The notes under the pieces were generated by a model, which saw nothing but the letters and a program-made list of their open reading frames with translations, did no database searches and was not told the origin of the DNA. A stretch of DNA of 64,000 nt, from assembly GCA_946965045.2 (NCBI GenBank), contig OX337240.1:2604001-2668000 (forward strand), given 5' to 3'. This DNA comes from Epithemia pelagica. Taxonomy: Eukaryota; Protista; Bacillariophyta. Positions 34,313 through 45,686 of this stretch are shown piece by piece (within the stretch, counting starts at the first letter, position 1; each line of letters begins with the position of its first letter). A program made the position numbers and the translations under genes.

Positions 34313-36391
34313 CTAAGGGAGAGAGTAGTTGCAAGTTGCTGAAAGGCCCAGAGGGAAACCGAGATGGCCCTGTAATAGGATCCACCAATACCATTCTGCC
34401 AAATTGGTACATGGTGGTGGTGGTGGTGGTGTCTCGAAGCAAGTATTATCAGATCGGCGAAATACTTGGGAGTGAATCGTCGTGTACAGATTGTGTGTAC
34501 TTTTTTGCTTGAATATTTCCTTTGCCTTCTCGGTTGGTGCAGTTGGTAAGCAGGTACTTGTCGGTCCAACTTGGCCAAGGATGATCGCGTTCTGCGTATC
34601 AATCGTGAAGGATTTAAAATGGTCTTGACGGTCTTCTTGAGATTCAAGGATGTTACTCTGTTGAGTAATAGCCTGGGTCAATTGGTCGCGTTGGTCCGAG
34701 AAGGTCGTGGAAAACTGCTCAGTCATCGACTTTGTCATTTGAGTAGTAAGGAACAGGACATCTTTCGAAATCGGTGGGGAGGCAACTTGACAATCAACCG
34801 GCGAAGCGCGTCGAGTAGGTTTACGTGATTTTTCTGGGGAGAAGTTGCCCGAACGTTCAATCGCAGGTGGGCGTGGACCGCAAGTCGTTGCATACATGGG
34901 AGTCGATCGATCCGGCAGTGAGGTCTTGAAATAGAATTCAACGGCTTTGATGGCGGAACCATAATTCGCAGGGTGATCCAAGAAGATATCATCGACAATA
35001 ATCTTCCCGCGGTGGACACCCCAGAGAAAGCGAATGGTGTCTTGTAAGCGAATACAATGTGGATCAGAAGCCCGAAATTCCACAGAGGATGGACGAGTCT
35101 TGGGGTTTTCAAAAGATCGTCGCCATCTGGAAAGGATCTTCGAGAAGATGAATTCTACCAACTCCGGGATACTGCACTGAGAGCCGCGAGAGTTGCCACC
35201 ATGGTGATCGTTCTTGGAGCGACAAGAGGGGTCGAGGAACTTAATCAATTCGCCTGAAATCGATGGGGGGAGAAGGACAATACTCTTGCAATCAAGCGAA
35301 TGGTCGTGTCGATACTGTACATCAGTTGGATCATCTGACTGGGTATCGGGATATGTCAGATAAGGGTTGTAGCCAGAAAACACCGAAGCCTTCAAGGACA
35401 AGCCAGATAAGGAGTTCGAGTCTTTTTGTACGCAATCCGCCACAATCTCCGCAAAGGTCGGAATGCGCATGTAATCTATGTTCTTCAAGATTGAAGAGAG
35501 TTCGTCCGAATCAAAAGTTCCTGGGGGGATATCGAAAGAGTCTTTCGTGAAACAGAGGAAGACTGGTTCCGGAGCAAGTACAGAGCCCGAGTCAGGGGAC
35601 ACGAACATGTTGTGGATGACTACTGGATTTTTCTTTCGATCGAAACCGAGAAAGGCAAGTGGTTGGTTCTTGGAGTGTATCGAGAGGAAGGCTTGGAGTT
35701 CGTTGAGATTCGACACTTCGTCAAACTTGGAAGAAAGGGAAATCCAATTTGCGGGATCGCTTTCGATCGAAACATGGAACTTTCCACAAAAGGAGTCCGA
35801 CCAAGCATCGCTGTCGATTGCAGAAAACTTCATGAAAGTCTCCTCATCCAAAGGGAAAGGGAGAGTGTACAAGTCTAGCTTGGGACAGTCCTTGGGAGGA
35901 AGAGCGCGGGCCATGCGAGAGTAAAACTGCTTCGGGGTCTCAAAAATACGATCCCGTTCAGCCTTAGCTTGGGGGGAATCGATTGGGATCTTCTATGACT
36001 CTTCATTCGTGTCAGTATCCATCTTGGAAGGGTTCATGGGGGTCTGGGGGGCCTTCATGAGAGGGACGGGATTCGAAGACGTCTTCTTCGCAACGGTACT
36101 GGAAGAGGAATCTCGGTTCTGACTCAACTGGGAGATCACCGCCGGAGGAGACTTGGGAGACGCAGGAGGTTTCTTCGTCGAGGTCTTGGAAGCCTTCTTC
36201 AACTTCTAAGAAGGGGCTAGGGAAGGGTCAATCGAGCTCGAACGACCAGTTTCGGGATCGGGACGAGTTGCAATGCCAGGAACGGGACTCTTGTTATCGA
36301 TCACATCGGCAAGTAAGTCCAGTCCGCCCGAATCCGAACGGCGAGCTTCAGAAGCAGAGGGCAAGTCAAATGGGTTCTCGTTGAACGTCAT
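34313..36391 (-). pseudogene. Large hypothetical (probably TE-derived) ORF with two in-frame TAGs, interrupted downstream by Copia B
   Basis: ORFs 36206-36430, 35993-36202 and 34313-35914 share one frame, separated by single TAGs at 36206-36208 and 35993-35995; the sequence resumes left of 28616 after the TSD. Confidence 0.55.
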
Positions 36392-37561
36392 GATAGTAAA
36401 AGGCAGCAAAGAATAGGAACAATCAATCAAATTTTTGCTAGGCGACTACGCTAGAGACTTGCTTCCAAGTCACAACGTGGGATGGCTTGAGACTCTGCAC
36501 AAACCAAAGATTGTGAGCTCCTCTGTCTTCCGTCACATATCTTGGGGGAGGTTCGTCCGCGCCAGTAGTTGTGCGCGCCCGGACTGTGCATTGCCAGCGC
36601 CATCGCCACGCCGCGCTCGTTTAGGACTGGTAAGAGCCGTTGGATGTTCCAAATCGTTTAGGATTCGTTTAGGACTTTCGATTGCTTCCAGAAGATGACC
36701 GATCGAAACTCCTAAACAAGAGGCCTTTCAATCCTAAACAGGAGGCCAAATGCGTCTGAACGTCGTACGATTTGGAGCGATCTGATTGGCTAAGAATAGG
36801 ATTTTTAGGATTTTAGGTCAAACCGTACGAGCATTCCCTCTCCAAAATCATCGTCCCCCAGAAGCAGAAGCATTACGAGCACATCCACTCCCTTTGTGAG
36901 CGCAAGCCGATCTTCTCTCCCTTCACCACCGTCTCAGAAACCAAAATTTCACTATATACCCAAAGTGTGAGAAACCAATTTGTTAAATATAACTCCCGAT
37001 CTGGACAAAAAATCTCCAAAACCATCCGATTCATCTTAGATGCCCTTAATGAACCCATTCCCGACCCTCCAGCTCTGATGTAAGTATCCCAAATGATCCA
37101 CCGATACTTTCCCGAGTGCACTCAATAGTTACATCAGAGCCACAAGCAACAACTTGTGGTCCAATTTCCACTCCAAACCAGGACCCCGCTGTAGAATTAA
37201 AATGTGAGCAACAACCCCAATCCACACCTCGACTGTCGTACGCACCGGCACCATCAAACATTAATTTTTATCCATCTTCGAATAATATATAAAGCATCAG
37301 TCGCATATTACTCGTTGTTCAATCACTCTTTTTTTGTTTGGGCCTTTCGATTGATCGATGACTTTACCTTGCCCAAACGTCATGACAATCCTATATTTCG
37401 CTTCATACAAAGCATCAATCAAACAACCCTATTGCTGAAGTAGACATCTTACCCTGACAGAGCATCCTGTGTAAGTATTTGGTACAGCTTCGCGTGATTC
37501 ATCTGCAACAGGTCCGAGACCACCTCCAAAATCGTCCATTTGGTCTTCATCCTCTCTTCTC

Positions 37562-40500
37562 ATGCTCTCTATTTGTTCCAACAGCAATCACCACCGTCCC
37601 CACATTGTTGAAAGTGTTGTTGTATATCAACAAATAGCCCGCGACAGTTACAGGGCTTATTCTTCCATGGACGATAAGAACGACGCGTCGACTTGTCGAT
37701 CGACCTGTCTTCTGAAGAATGTTGGTGCTTCTCCGAATAAACAAACAAGGGCCACAAGGAAGAGAACTGGTATTGGAGTTTCTGATTCTTATTACGAAAG
37801 GGAGCAAGTCGCAAAGGTTTGCCGCAATTTCAAGCATCGAAAGTATAAACCTTGCTCTGTCTTTGGCTTGGATAGAGTCGAGCGATATCGAGGTGGATTT
37901 TTCTTTTGTCTGAACTGTCACTTTGCCGATACTCGTGAACAGAACGACTCGAAGCACCCGATCAACAGATTTAGTGGTCTATATAAATGCCAAGCCAAGC
38001 ATACAGATATTATTTTCCCCACCGACCGAATGATTGACAAAAAACGACGTAAGCAGACTGCCCAACCACAAGCAACGACATCTTCCGAAGCGCCAGAACC
38101 TGCCAATCCGAAACCCCCACCTCCCTTGGAAAACGATTTAGAGAAGCCTCAGCCCAAGAAGAGACGAGGCAAACTCAAGTTGACAAACAGGAAGAAGTCC
38201 AAGGTTACCAAGCCACCTCCACAAGCCTCATCTCAGTCCAACGAAACAGAGCCCGAACCCGAACCCGAAGTAGTTGACAAAGAGTCATCTGAAGAATCAG
38301 ACGACGATGACAACGACAGTAGTATTGGACAAGTAGATCCTATAACATATATTGACAAGATGACTCAGACTGACCCAGTTTCCATTTCGTCCAATAATGT
38401 GCAAACCAATGATCAAGATCTTTCCAGTCGTGAAAGTCAAGTTTCACATCAAAACCCGTCCCACAGCACAAGTACAGCAACCTCTGCAAGTGTTGAAGTG
38501 AGCAACACCAATACGCAATCCTTCACAGTAGTAACTGAAAACGGTTACATTGCACAAGTTCAAGGACTGCAAAATCGCTTGTCCAAGGAAGCATCCGAAA
38601 ATGGAAGACTACAACGTGAATTGGACAAGGTTCGGAAAAAAGCAAAGTCAAGGTATGCCCGGATTCGTACCTTGGAGAACAAATTGGCCACTCTTGACCC
38701 GACCAACAAACCAACCGTCCCTACCACTTGTTCCGATCCCGAGAACGCCGAGGCCATTGTTGAGTACATCAAGCAAGTGATCAACAACGCCGTCGAGGAT
38801 CACAATGAAAACAGTCATCGGGCGAAGACATTCTTCAATCTTCTTTTGTCGATGCTTGTACACAGTGGTCTACACTATAACAATCTACGTGATTCTATTG
38901 TGAAGGTTGTTGGACGGTATCTTCGTACCAATGTGTTCAGCCCCTACAAGCTACTACGGGAAATGGACCTAGCTGGTGGCAAGTTGAGCTATGCTGGAGT
39001 TGAAGTGCTACGCCGATGCGAGTCTAATGGAACGAAAGGGAAGAATACTATCATCCCACCCTTCGAGACTATGCTGCCTTTGTGGAGAGGTTCGCGAATA
39101 CCATCGTTCCTTACCGAATGATTCGCAACAAACATGATGGTTCGGAAGGTTTTTTTTTCCGATGTGCTGACACTATGGCTGGTGGGTTACAAATTCAAGG
39201 CTTGCTTGATGGAGAAGCAAAAGAACGGGAAGCAACTGCGTCTATGAGTATGGATGGGGCACGACTCAGCAATCATACAACTCACACTATGGGTGGTTTG
39301 AAGATGAACGACAAGTCCAACCCCTTCAAACAGAGTCATGTCGCTGTGATTCCGCAAGTCTGCGTAATACAGCAAGAAAACAAGAAGACCAGTCGAGGAC
39401 TATTCGCGATGATGCATAAAGAAAACAAAGAAGCGGCCCAAAAAGTTCTGCCCTCCAAGTATGGGATAAAGAAGGTGCTAACCCCGTTCGATGCAGATAT
39501 GTCCTGCGACTGGAAATTGTCGGACAGGGGTGGAGCAGCGAAGAATGCAACACATCCGTGCTCCAAATGTCACATCCTAAGCGCAAATCTGGCACTCCCG
39601 AATGAAGACAAAGAATTCTGCAAGTGGTGTATCAATTCCGGCTTTGCAGACGACGACGAGTGGGAATGTTTCCACCATCCGATGTGCACGGATGAGTTCC
39701 TGGCAACCAAACAGGCTGAAATAGATGAGTTCCAAAAGGATCTGCCCACAATAAGCAAGCAGCTGGATCTCTTATGGGCAGGATCCAATATCAAGATCAA
39801 GAAAGACGAAGACCCACGGGCTGCCGGTACGGACACACAGAAGAAACAGCTGAGTTCAATTCACTTCGATGTCAGGTAAGCGGATCCACAACAACGAACT
39901 TTATATTCAACAAAAGTCTGCCACGACCTTCGGATTCGGAAAATGTCTCTACAAGGATCTTTGCTCGCTAGGCAAGAGCGATTGAAAACACAACACATAC
40001 GCGAATGGCAATACATGGAAGCTTCGGCCTGTCTGAAGCAGTTCGGCAAGAACTCAGTCACGTCCGGGGTAGTTCTCCTAATGGAAGCCATTCCGTGCAT
40101 ACTGCATATGGAAATGCGCGTCGGAATCTCCATCATCACAATGCTACTCCGAGTTGGTCTCATGAACGCTAAGAACAACTTGCTTTCATGGATTCCTAGA
40201 ACCCAAAGATGATCAATAGACAAGAAGACGACTGCCTATCAGAACAAGTTGAACGTAACAATCAACACATCTCTACTTGGAAGTAACAAGTTAGCCTTCC
40301 AATGGAAAATACCATACGACAAGAAGACCAAAGAGATCGACGAATGCAAAATGAATAACACGCAAGTACGACGGATGATTGATGGCATCGAGTGTCTGAT
40401 CGACTTGTGTATTGCAGACGAATCTCACAAACCAAAGTGGAAACGAGGCATGGAGTTTTACAAGAAAGGAATGGACATAGTAAAGAGGAAAGGTGAACTG

Positions 40501-41067
40501 GCGCAACCACAAGTCCTGGAGTTCCAAAAATACATGGACATATTTTTCCAAGAGTGGGTGAATCTCTATGCGGACCAGGGTGTGACAAACTACATCCACT
40601 ACCTGGGAGCGGGTCACATTGCCGAGTATCTTCTGCACTGGAAGAACATTAGTGACCATTCGCAACAAGGTTGGGAAGCGTTCAATAACGCATTCAAATC
40701 CTATTATTACAACAGGACTCAACGTGGTGGGGCGGTGAATAAAGGAAAGGGCGAAAGATCCAGGCTCAAACCAATGGCAAGGTGGCTTCAACGACGCATG
40801 GTCTTCATGCTCGATCATACCAAAGAATCAATTGAACAGGGGATTGAGGAATTTGATGAGGCAAAGCAGAAGGAACTTGCGGAATGGGTTCAGAAACATG
40901 GTGGCACTGTCGAATATGGTGTGTCAAACGAATTGGATTTCGATGCGAACGAAGATGGGGAATTTCTCATGGACTGGGAGATGGGTCCGACCTCATTGAA
41001 CATGGAGGTCTCGAGTGATGATGACGACGATGAAGATGTTGAGCATAGCGACAAATCATCCACGTAG
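37562..41067 (+). pseudogene. RAG1/Transib-like DDE transposase (~1160 codons), one frameshift near 39058 and nonsense codons at 39877 and 40210
   Basis: SMSMDGA (D1), PFDADMSCDWKLSDRGGAAKNATHPCSKC (D2 + CxxC), CILHMEMRVG, KMNNTQVRRMI, TNYIHYLGAGHIAEY...SQQGWEAFNNAFK (two His + E). These parallel RAG1 ESCDG, GYDEK...CTLC, DALHCD, RMNGNFARKLM, TNYFHKTLAHVPE...SEGNESGNKLFR. Confidence 0.72.
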
Positions 41068-41110
41068 ATTGATAAAACAGAGTAACAAACATGCGTTTTA
41101 AATAGTCATC

Positions 41111-42865
41111 TTAAGCAAAGTCAGCAATCATTTGGGATAGCTTCTGAGCATCATTACAGTAGTGGTAAACTTGATTGTGCAAGTGCTTGTTGCTGTCGAA
41201 CAGATCTCCGTCAATTACTATGGAAACGTACCAAATTTCAGTTGATATTTCCAAAGTTCCAACCAGTTCTAGTTGTTCAATGTGCTCGTCACAGCCTTGG
41301 GGAGAATGGAAGAGGGTGTAGTCTTCTTTGTCTCTAAGAACACTAAGAATCCGATTGTTCGCCGGAATCTTGGTAACTACTTGGTACACCGAGCCTTCGA
41401 GATAAAATTGGTCTCCCAAACTGATAAGAGAGTCATCTACTGGTTGGTTCGAAGCGTAAAACGAATGATTCTTCGACATTGGTGTAAGAGAGGGACTGCC
41501 ATGCACTATTTCCTTTGGGGGAGTCACTTTGGGTGGTGCTTCATCATTCCGACACTCTTCTTCACTGTCCGAAGATTCAATGACAGCAGATTCTGCGTCT
41601 TTAATCAATGGGCAAGGGGGCATGACACCAGTGAAATTGTCTCTCTTGTACGGACGGGCTTGCAGGAGACAGGTCAAGTGCTGCGAATCAGGGGGTGTAC
41701 GTAGACTGCCATCTCGGGCAACATCATAGCGATAACGCTGAAAGGACACTACCACTTTGCATTGTAGGGCACCAAAGGTCATGTCAATTCGTTGTCGCTG
41801 GGTCCGTTTCTTGAATGGTGGTTCTTCGCGCTCACCCGAACCATTGATGAAAGTAACAAAGTGCCCGCGCTTGAGAGTCAAACCATCCTCTCCATGCTTC
41901 AATGTTGGGCGGGCTTCGCATGACCCGTAAACAGCGGAAAGACCAAGGAATCGACGTAGGATGTCAATATCTTGACAGGTCTGAAAGCGGAGTGTTGTCG
42001 TCGACAGCATCATCTTCACTTTCTTGCGTGTCAGATTCCACTCTGTGTCCTGGTAAGTTTCAGAGGTAATCTGTTGGTCGGAAGAAAGACATTTGACGTT
42101 AGAATTTGCCAGTTTGTATAAATAGTTAAAGGTTTCCATTGGAATGGAACCCAGGTTGAGCGATTGCTGGTCATATGTTTCCAATTGATGACCCCGTCTG
42201 TTTAGGATTTTTATCAATCCTTTACGGAGTAAGTACAGACCAGTCCACACATTGCAATGGAAGCAGCATGGAGTACATGCAAAGGATGATAAGAACTCCT
42301 TGGGTAGGTGGTCCATTGGGAAACAGTGAAAATCCATGAGACTCATTTCTTGTAAGGATGGAGTTGGGTCTTCGTCGCATCTGGCTGGCTGTTCGTATCG
42401 AACAAAGTAGACATTCATTAGACCGTGGGCCCAACTGTTTGCAGGGTCACTTAGTTCCTTGAGAGAAAATACAAAAGCAGGGAACCGAATCTTTATATTT
42501 TTCGTCAACAGGTTGTCTGCAACGATCCGACGATTGGACTTGTAGAGCTCCACATTCTCGCTGCCGATACCTTCAATGATCCTGCTGGCAGAGTTCGGAG
42601 GAATGTCAGGGTGGCATTTCAGCTTCTTCTTCGGAAAAAGCGGCAAGTATACGCGTAGTTGTACTTGGCCTTCCCAGGTCTTGAATAGACGACAGACAGT
42701 TGTCGTCCCATCATCTTGGTTGGGTAACTCAACATGGAGAAACGTCCCGATGTGAAACACATCGTTGAAGCTCGGAATGTAAACCGGGGCTTCCGGATCC
42801 GTTGCCGCCATTGTAGCGACTAGTATAGGAGAAATGTTGGATTGTTCAATTGTATTTCGTGGCAA
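41111..42865 (-). CDS. Partner protein of the RAG1-like transposon (584 aa, intact), N-terminal BAH-like domain
   Basis: Long intact ORF tail-to-tail with the transposase, inside the TIRs; homologue at 59464-59973; pattern FHIGTFLHV..VCRLFKTW..VQLRVYLP..ELYKSN..IRFPAFVF..VYFVRY resembles a BAH fold. Confidence 0.7.
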   Translation of the reverse strand: MPRNTIEQSNISPILVATMAATDPEAPVYIPSFNDVFHIGTFLHVELPNQDDGTTTVCRLFKTWEGQVQLRVYLPLFPKKKLKCHPDIPPNSASRIIEGIGSENVELYKSNRRIVADNLLTKNIKIRFPAFVFSLKELSDPANSWAHGLMNVYFVRYEQPARCDEDPTPSLQEMSLMDFHCFPMDHLPKEFLSSFACTPCCFHCNVWTGLYLLRKGLIKILNRRGHQLETYDQQSLNLGSIPMETFNYLYKLANSNVKCLSSDQQITSETYQDTEWNLTRKKVKMMLSTTTLRFQTCQDIDILRRFLGLSAVYGSCEARPTLKHGEDGLTLKRGHFVTFINGSGEREEPPFKKRTQRQRIDMTFGALQCKVVVSFQRYRYDVARDGSLRTPPDSQHLTCLLQARPYKRDNFTGVMPPCPLIKDAESAVIESSDSEEECRNDEAPPKVTPPKEIVHGSPSLTPMSKNHSFYASNQPVDDSLISLGDQFYLEGSVYQVVTKIPANNRILSVLRDKEDYTLFHSPQGCDEHIEQLELVGTLEISTEIWYVSIVIDGDLFDSNKHLHNQVYHYCNDAQKLSQMIADFA

Positions 42866-43540
42866 TCATCGACCTGTTTGACCATCAATCATATCTTAAT
42901 AGGTCCATTGGCATTCGACATCCAATGGCTCTTGTTTAGGTTCCGAGTTACAAGAAAAGAGTGTCGAATAAGAATATTAAGTCGTGGTGAGACAATTCTA
43001 TAGAAATTCATTTTAAATATCAAAGAAAATTGTTTGTCGTAATGGTATTGGAATTTTGGTGGATTTAAGGGCGCGAGCCGATCACGAGTGACACGTGTGG
43101 GTCTGTGCGGGCGCAAAATACACGTGCTGGCCTCTGCGATGGGAGTGGATGTGCTCGTAATGGAATGGCGCTTCTGGGAAGAACTTGTGACAACAGTTCC
43201 CGTGGCTGAGGAATGTCCTCGTAGGCACTCCTACCAATCAAGAACAAGGACATGGAGCCATGTTCGCTATCGACTCTACTATGTGAACCTCGACATTAGG
43301 ATGTGTAAATCCATGGTATGTACGAGGACGTGTGCAAGAAGGTTCCACTGCGGCATACAGGTAGACTGAGCTGTCCCAACAGAAGCAAAACACTGTGAAG
43401 AGGTCTGAACTTTTGTGAGTAACGAAGAAAGGGAAGCATCATACGCAACAATTCATGTTGCTGAAAATCGCAAGAATCGTTCCAATATGTGTGCGTCTAT
43501 GATAGGTTGTCTATGATGATATTGTCTACTAGACTAGCCT

Positions 43541-44647
43541 CTATTGTGAGAGAGTAGCGTCGGTCCGTGGTGCTTGTTGTTTACCCAGTGGACTCCATCC
43601 AAACAAGGTCAAACCTGGTTCTCCTTCCTCTGTTTCGGCGATGCTCGTCTCCGAGTCTTCTTCTTCTTCCTCCTCCTCCTCTTCTAGGAAGGAACTCATG
43701 AGTTCGGTCGTCCAAAAACTTGCACGTTCCAAAAATTCCGAAAGGAATTGCGGAGACGATGGCGTCTCGGGTGATTCTGGTGTTTCGTCTTGATTGGATT
43801 TCCCTCGAAACAATTGCGCCATGTACAATTTGCCATCCTTGCCCACGGCCGTTCCCATGCCAAACTCGGTAAACTTTTCCCCCATGATATTCTTAAAGGC
43901 CGATTGTGTGGGACGACTCATGGCTTCGGCATGCATGGCTCGCACACTCGGTCCTCGTTGAATGTTTTCTCCCGCATGGTCACTGCCCACCAATTCCTTG
44001 AGCTGCGCCGTGGTTTGGACCGAATGCATCAACACACCGTTGGAAGCACGGGCCATTTTACGAGCGTGTTCCACACACAAGTTATCCAAATACACACTGC
44101 GATGCAACCGGGCACGGCCTCGAGTCATGCGTTCGTGGTTGATCAAGGTATGAGCACTTTGAAAGCCCAACATTCCTGGAATGAGTCGATGCGTTTCATC
44201 CTCGGTCAATTCTCGTTCCGGTTCGTCTTGTTGTTGGAGAGAGGCATCCACGACACCTTGATACTTGCTCAAATCCCGAATGGAAGCTTGTCGAGGAATG
44301 CCCTGCAACATGTGACGACCACCTTGCGGTCGTGCCGTGTGCAAGGTGTCCTCGGGTTGTTCCTCTTGGTGAGTCCTTTCCTTGCGTTGAAGTATTCTCC
44401 GTGACGATCTCCAGGTTCGTTTGGAAGAAGACCGCGACGTTGCGTTCGCCGTTTCCCGCAACGTCTCTTGCAATTCGGTTCCACTGATAGTTTCCTTGCT
44501 GTGAATCGTTGTGGCCGTGGTTTCGCTGCGACCACTGCCCGTTTTGTTCGTAGTCGTACCAGCATTCGTTCGTCTCTTGTTGGTCGTCAAGCTCCGTTTG
44601 CTGGACCATGTGAGTTTCCATTGTGGCTGTGGTTGTTGAACTGTCAT
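43541..44647 (-). CDS. CAP/SCP (YkwD-like) domain protein
   Basis: LINHER...HARKMA...LMHS...AGENIQRG...KNIMGEKFTEFGMGTAVG...YMAQLF; likely start MTVQQ at 44647. Confidence 0.8.
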   Translation of the reverse strand: MTVQQPQPQWKLTWSSKRSLTTNKRRTNAGTTTNKTGSGRSETTATTIHSKETISGTELQETLRETANATSRSSSKRTWRSSRRILQRKERTHQEEQPEDTLHTARPQGGRHMLQGIPRQASIRDLSKYQGVVDASLQQQDEPERELTEDETHRLIPGMLGFQSAHTLINHERMTRGRARLHRSVYLDNLCVEHARKMARASNGVLMHSVQTTAQLKELVGSDHAGENIQRGPSVRAMHAEAMSRPTQSAFKNIMGEKFTEFGMGTAVGKDGKLYMAQLFRGKSNQDETPESPETPSSPQFLSEFLERASFWTTELMSSFLEEEEEEEEEDSETSIAETEEGEPGLTLFGWSPLGKQQAPRTDATLSQ

Positions 44648-45686
44648 GATGATGATAATCAATTGGAAAATTTGGGAAAGGAAGAGTTGTGAGAAATTAA
44701 AATGGATCGAATGCTTGTTTTGTTTTTTTGGAATTCCGCGATTTGCGATTCGTGCCGTGGTGGATGTGCGTAATGAACACGAGGGAAATCGATCTTCGCA
44801 CTTCCTTGTACTGCAACGAATGATTGTTTGTGACCCGTCTCGCATCCATAGTCCAAAGCTTGCAACTTTTGCAACTTCTCCGCGTGCACCTCACCGTACG
44901 CTTGGCGAACCAAAAAGGTGCGGAGTCTTGTTGTGTGCGCGACGGAGTCGCCTCGTCTCCTACAATCGGGCGTGCACGGGTCATTTGGGACGTGACAATG
45001 CTAGCAGCAGCCGCCCTCCTGCGAACGTTTGGAAGTGACATGAGTCCAGTGACACGACTTATACCGGATCGTGTGCATGTGTCTCCTAAGTATTCGACGA
45101 AACGAGCGCCTCGCACAATGGAAGGCTCTAAGTATTTGAAACGTTGAGGATGTCCCTGTTCTTACTTAAGAAACGGTCGATAACGGCCTCAAAATTCACA
45201 CAGGCACTCCGTGTCCAGTCCCGTAGAGCATCCGCGTGGCCGGATTGCCTTCCATTCTCTACAAGCAGAGTTCAAGCCGAATGTCAACGACGTAGCGCTT
45301 AGTAGGAAATCTACGTATTCCACGCCAGCCATCTTATGAATATAGCCCTTCTTATTAGGCCTCTCATGTGAAAAGTGCTTCCGAAACTCGACAATCTCGC
45401 GTTCCCCCAGAAAAACTTCATTTTGTACGAGACTATCGTGCGTGGGGTGCGTCCGATGATCATGTTGTTGTGGATGATGCCAACCGCATACCTTGTTGCC
45501 CCATTGGTGGCGGTCCAACAACACCCTGAGGGAGATGGATGCAGCTCGGCAACATCGTTTGCGGTTGGGATGGCCCTCCACCAAAGTCAACACAGTCGAC
45601 TGTTTTTTCGTAATTTTTGATGAAATTCTAGCGTTCGGAAGAAATCACACATAACACTAAAGATAATAAAATATTTCTTGCAACCA

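Larger units (their letters stand above)
36871..43162 (+). mobile_element. Two-gene RAG1/Transib-like DNA transposon, copy 1 (6292 bp)
   Basis: Perfect 22-bp TIRs CATTACGAGCACATCCACTCCC at 36871-36892 and 43141-43162 enclosing two convergent genes; related copy at 59087-62922. Confidence 0.8.

Noticed and set aside
35993-36208. Programmed readthrough at two TAG-AAG stops
   Set aside because: Only one copy is available, the context is not a known leaky one, and the ORF is otherwise degraded and TE-interrupted.
36640-36826. TTTAGG repeats as an interstitial telomere
   Set aside because: Units are TTTAGGA within a TIR/subterminal context, not a tandem telomeric array.
36860-36892. RSS heptamer/nonamer in the RAG1-like TIRs, and a 5-bp TSD
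   Set aside because: Ends read CATTACG, sharing only CA with CACAGTG; flanks do not duplicate in either copy.
41111-42865. Partner gene as RAG2
   Set aside because: No kelch GG/W repeats and no C-terminal PHD Cys/His pattern are visible.
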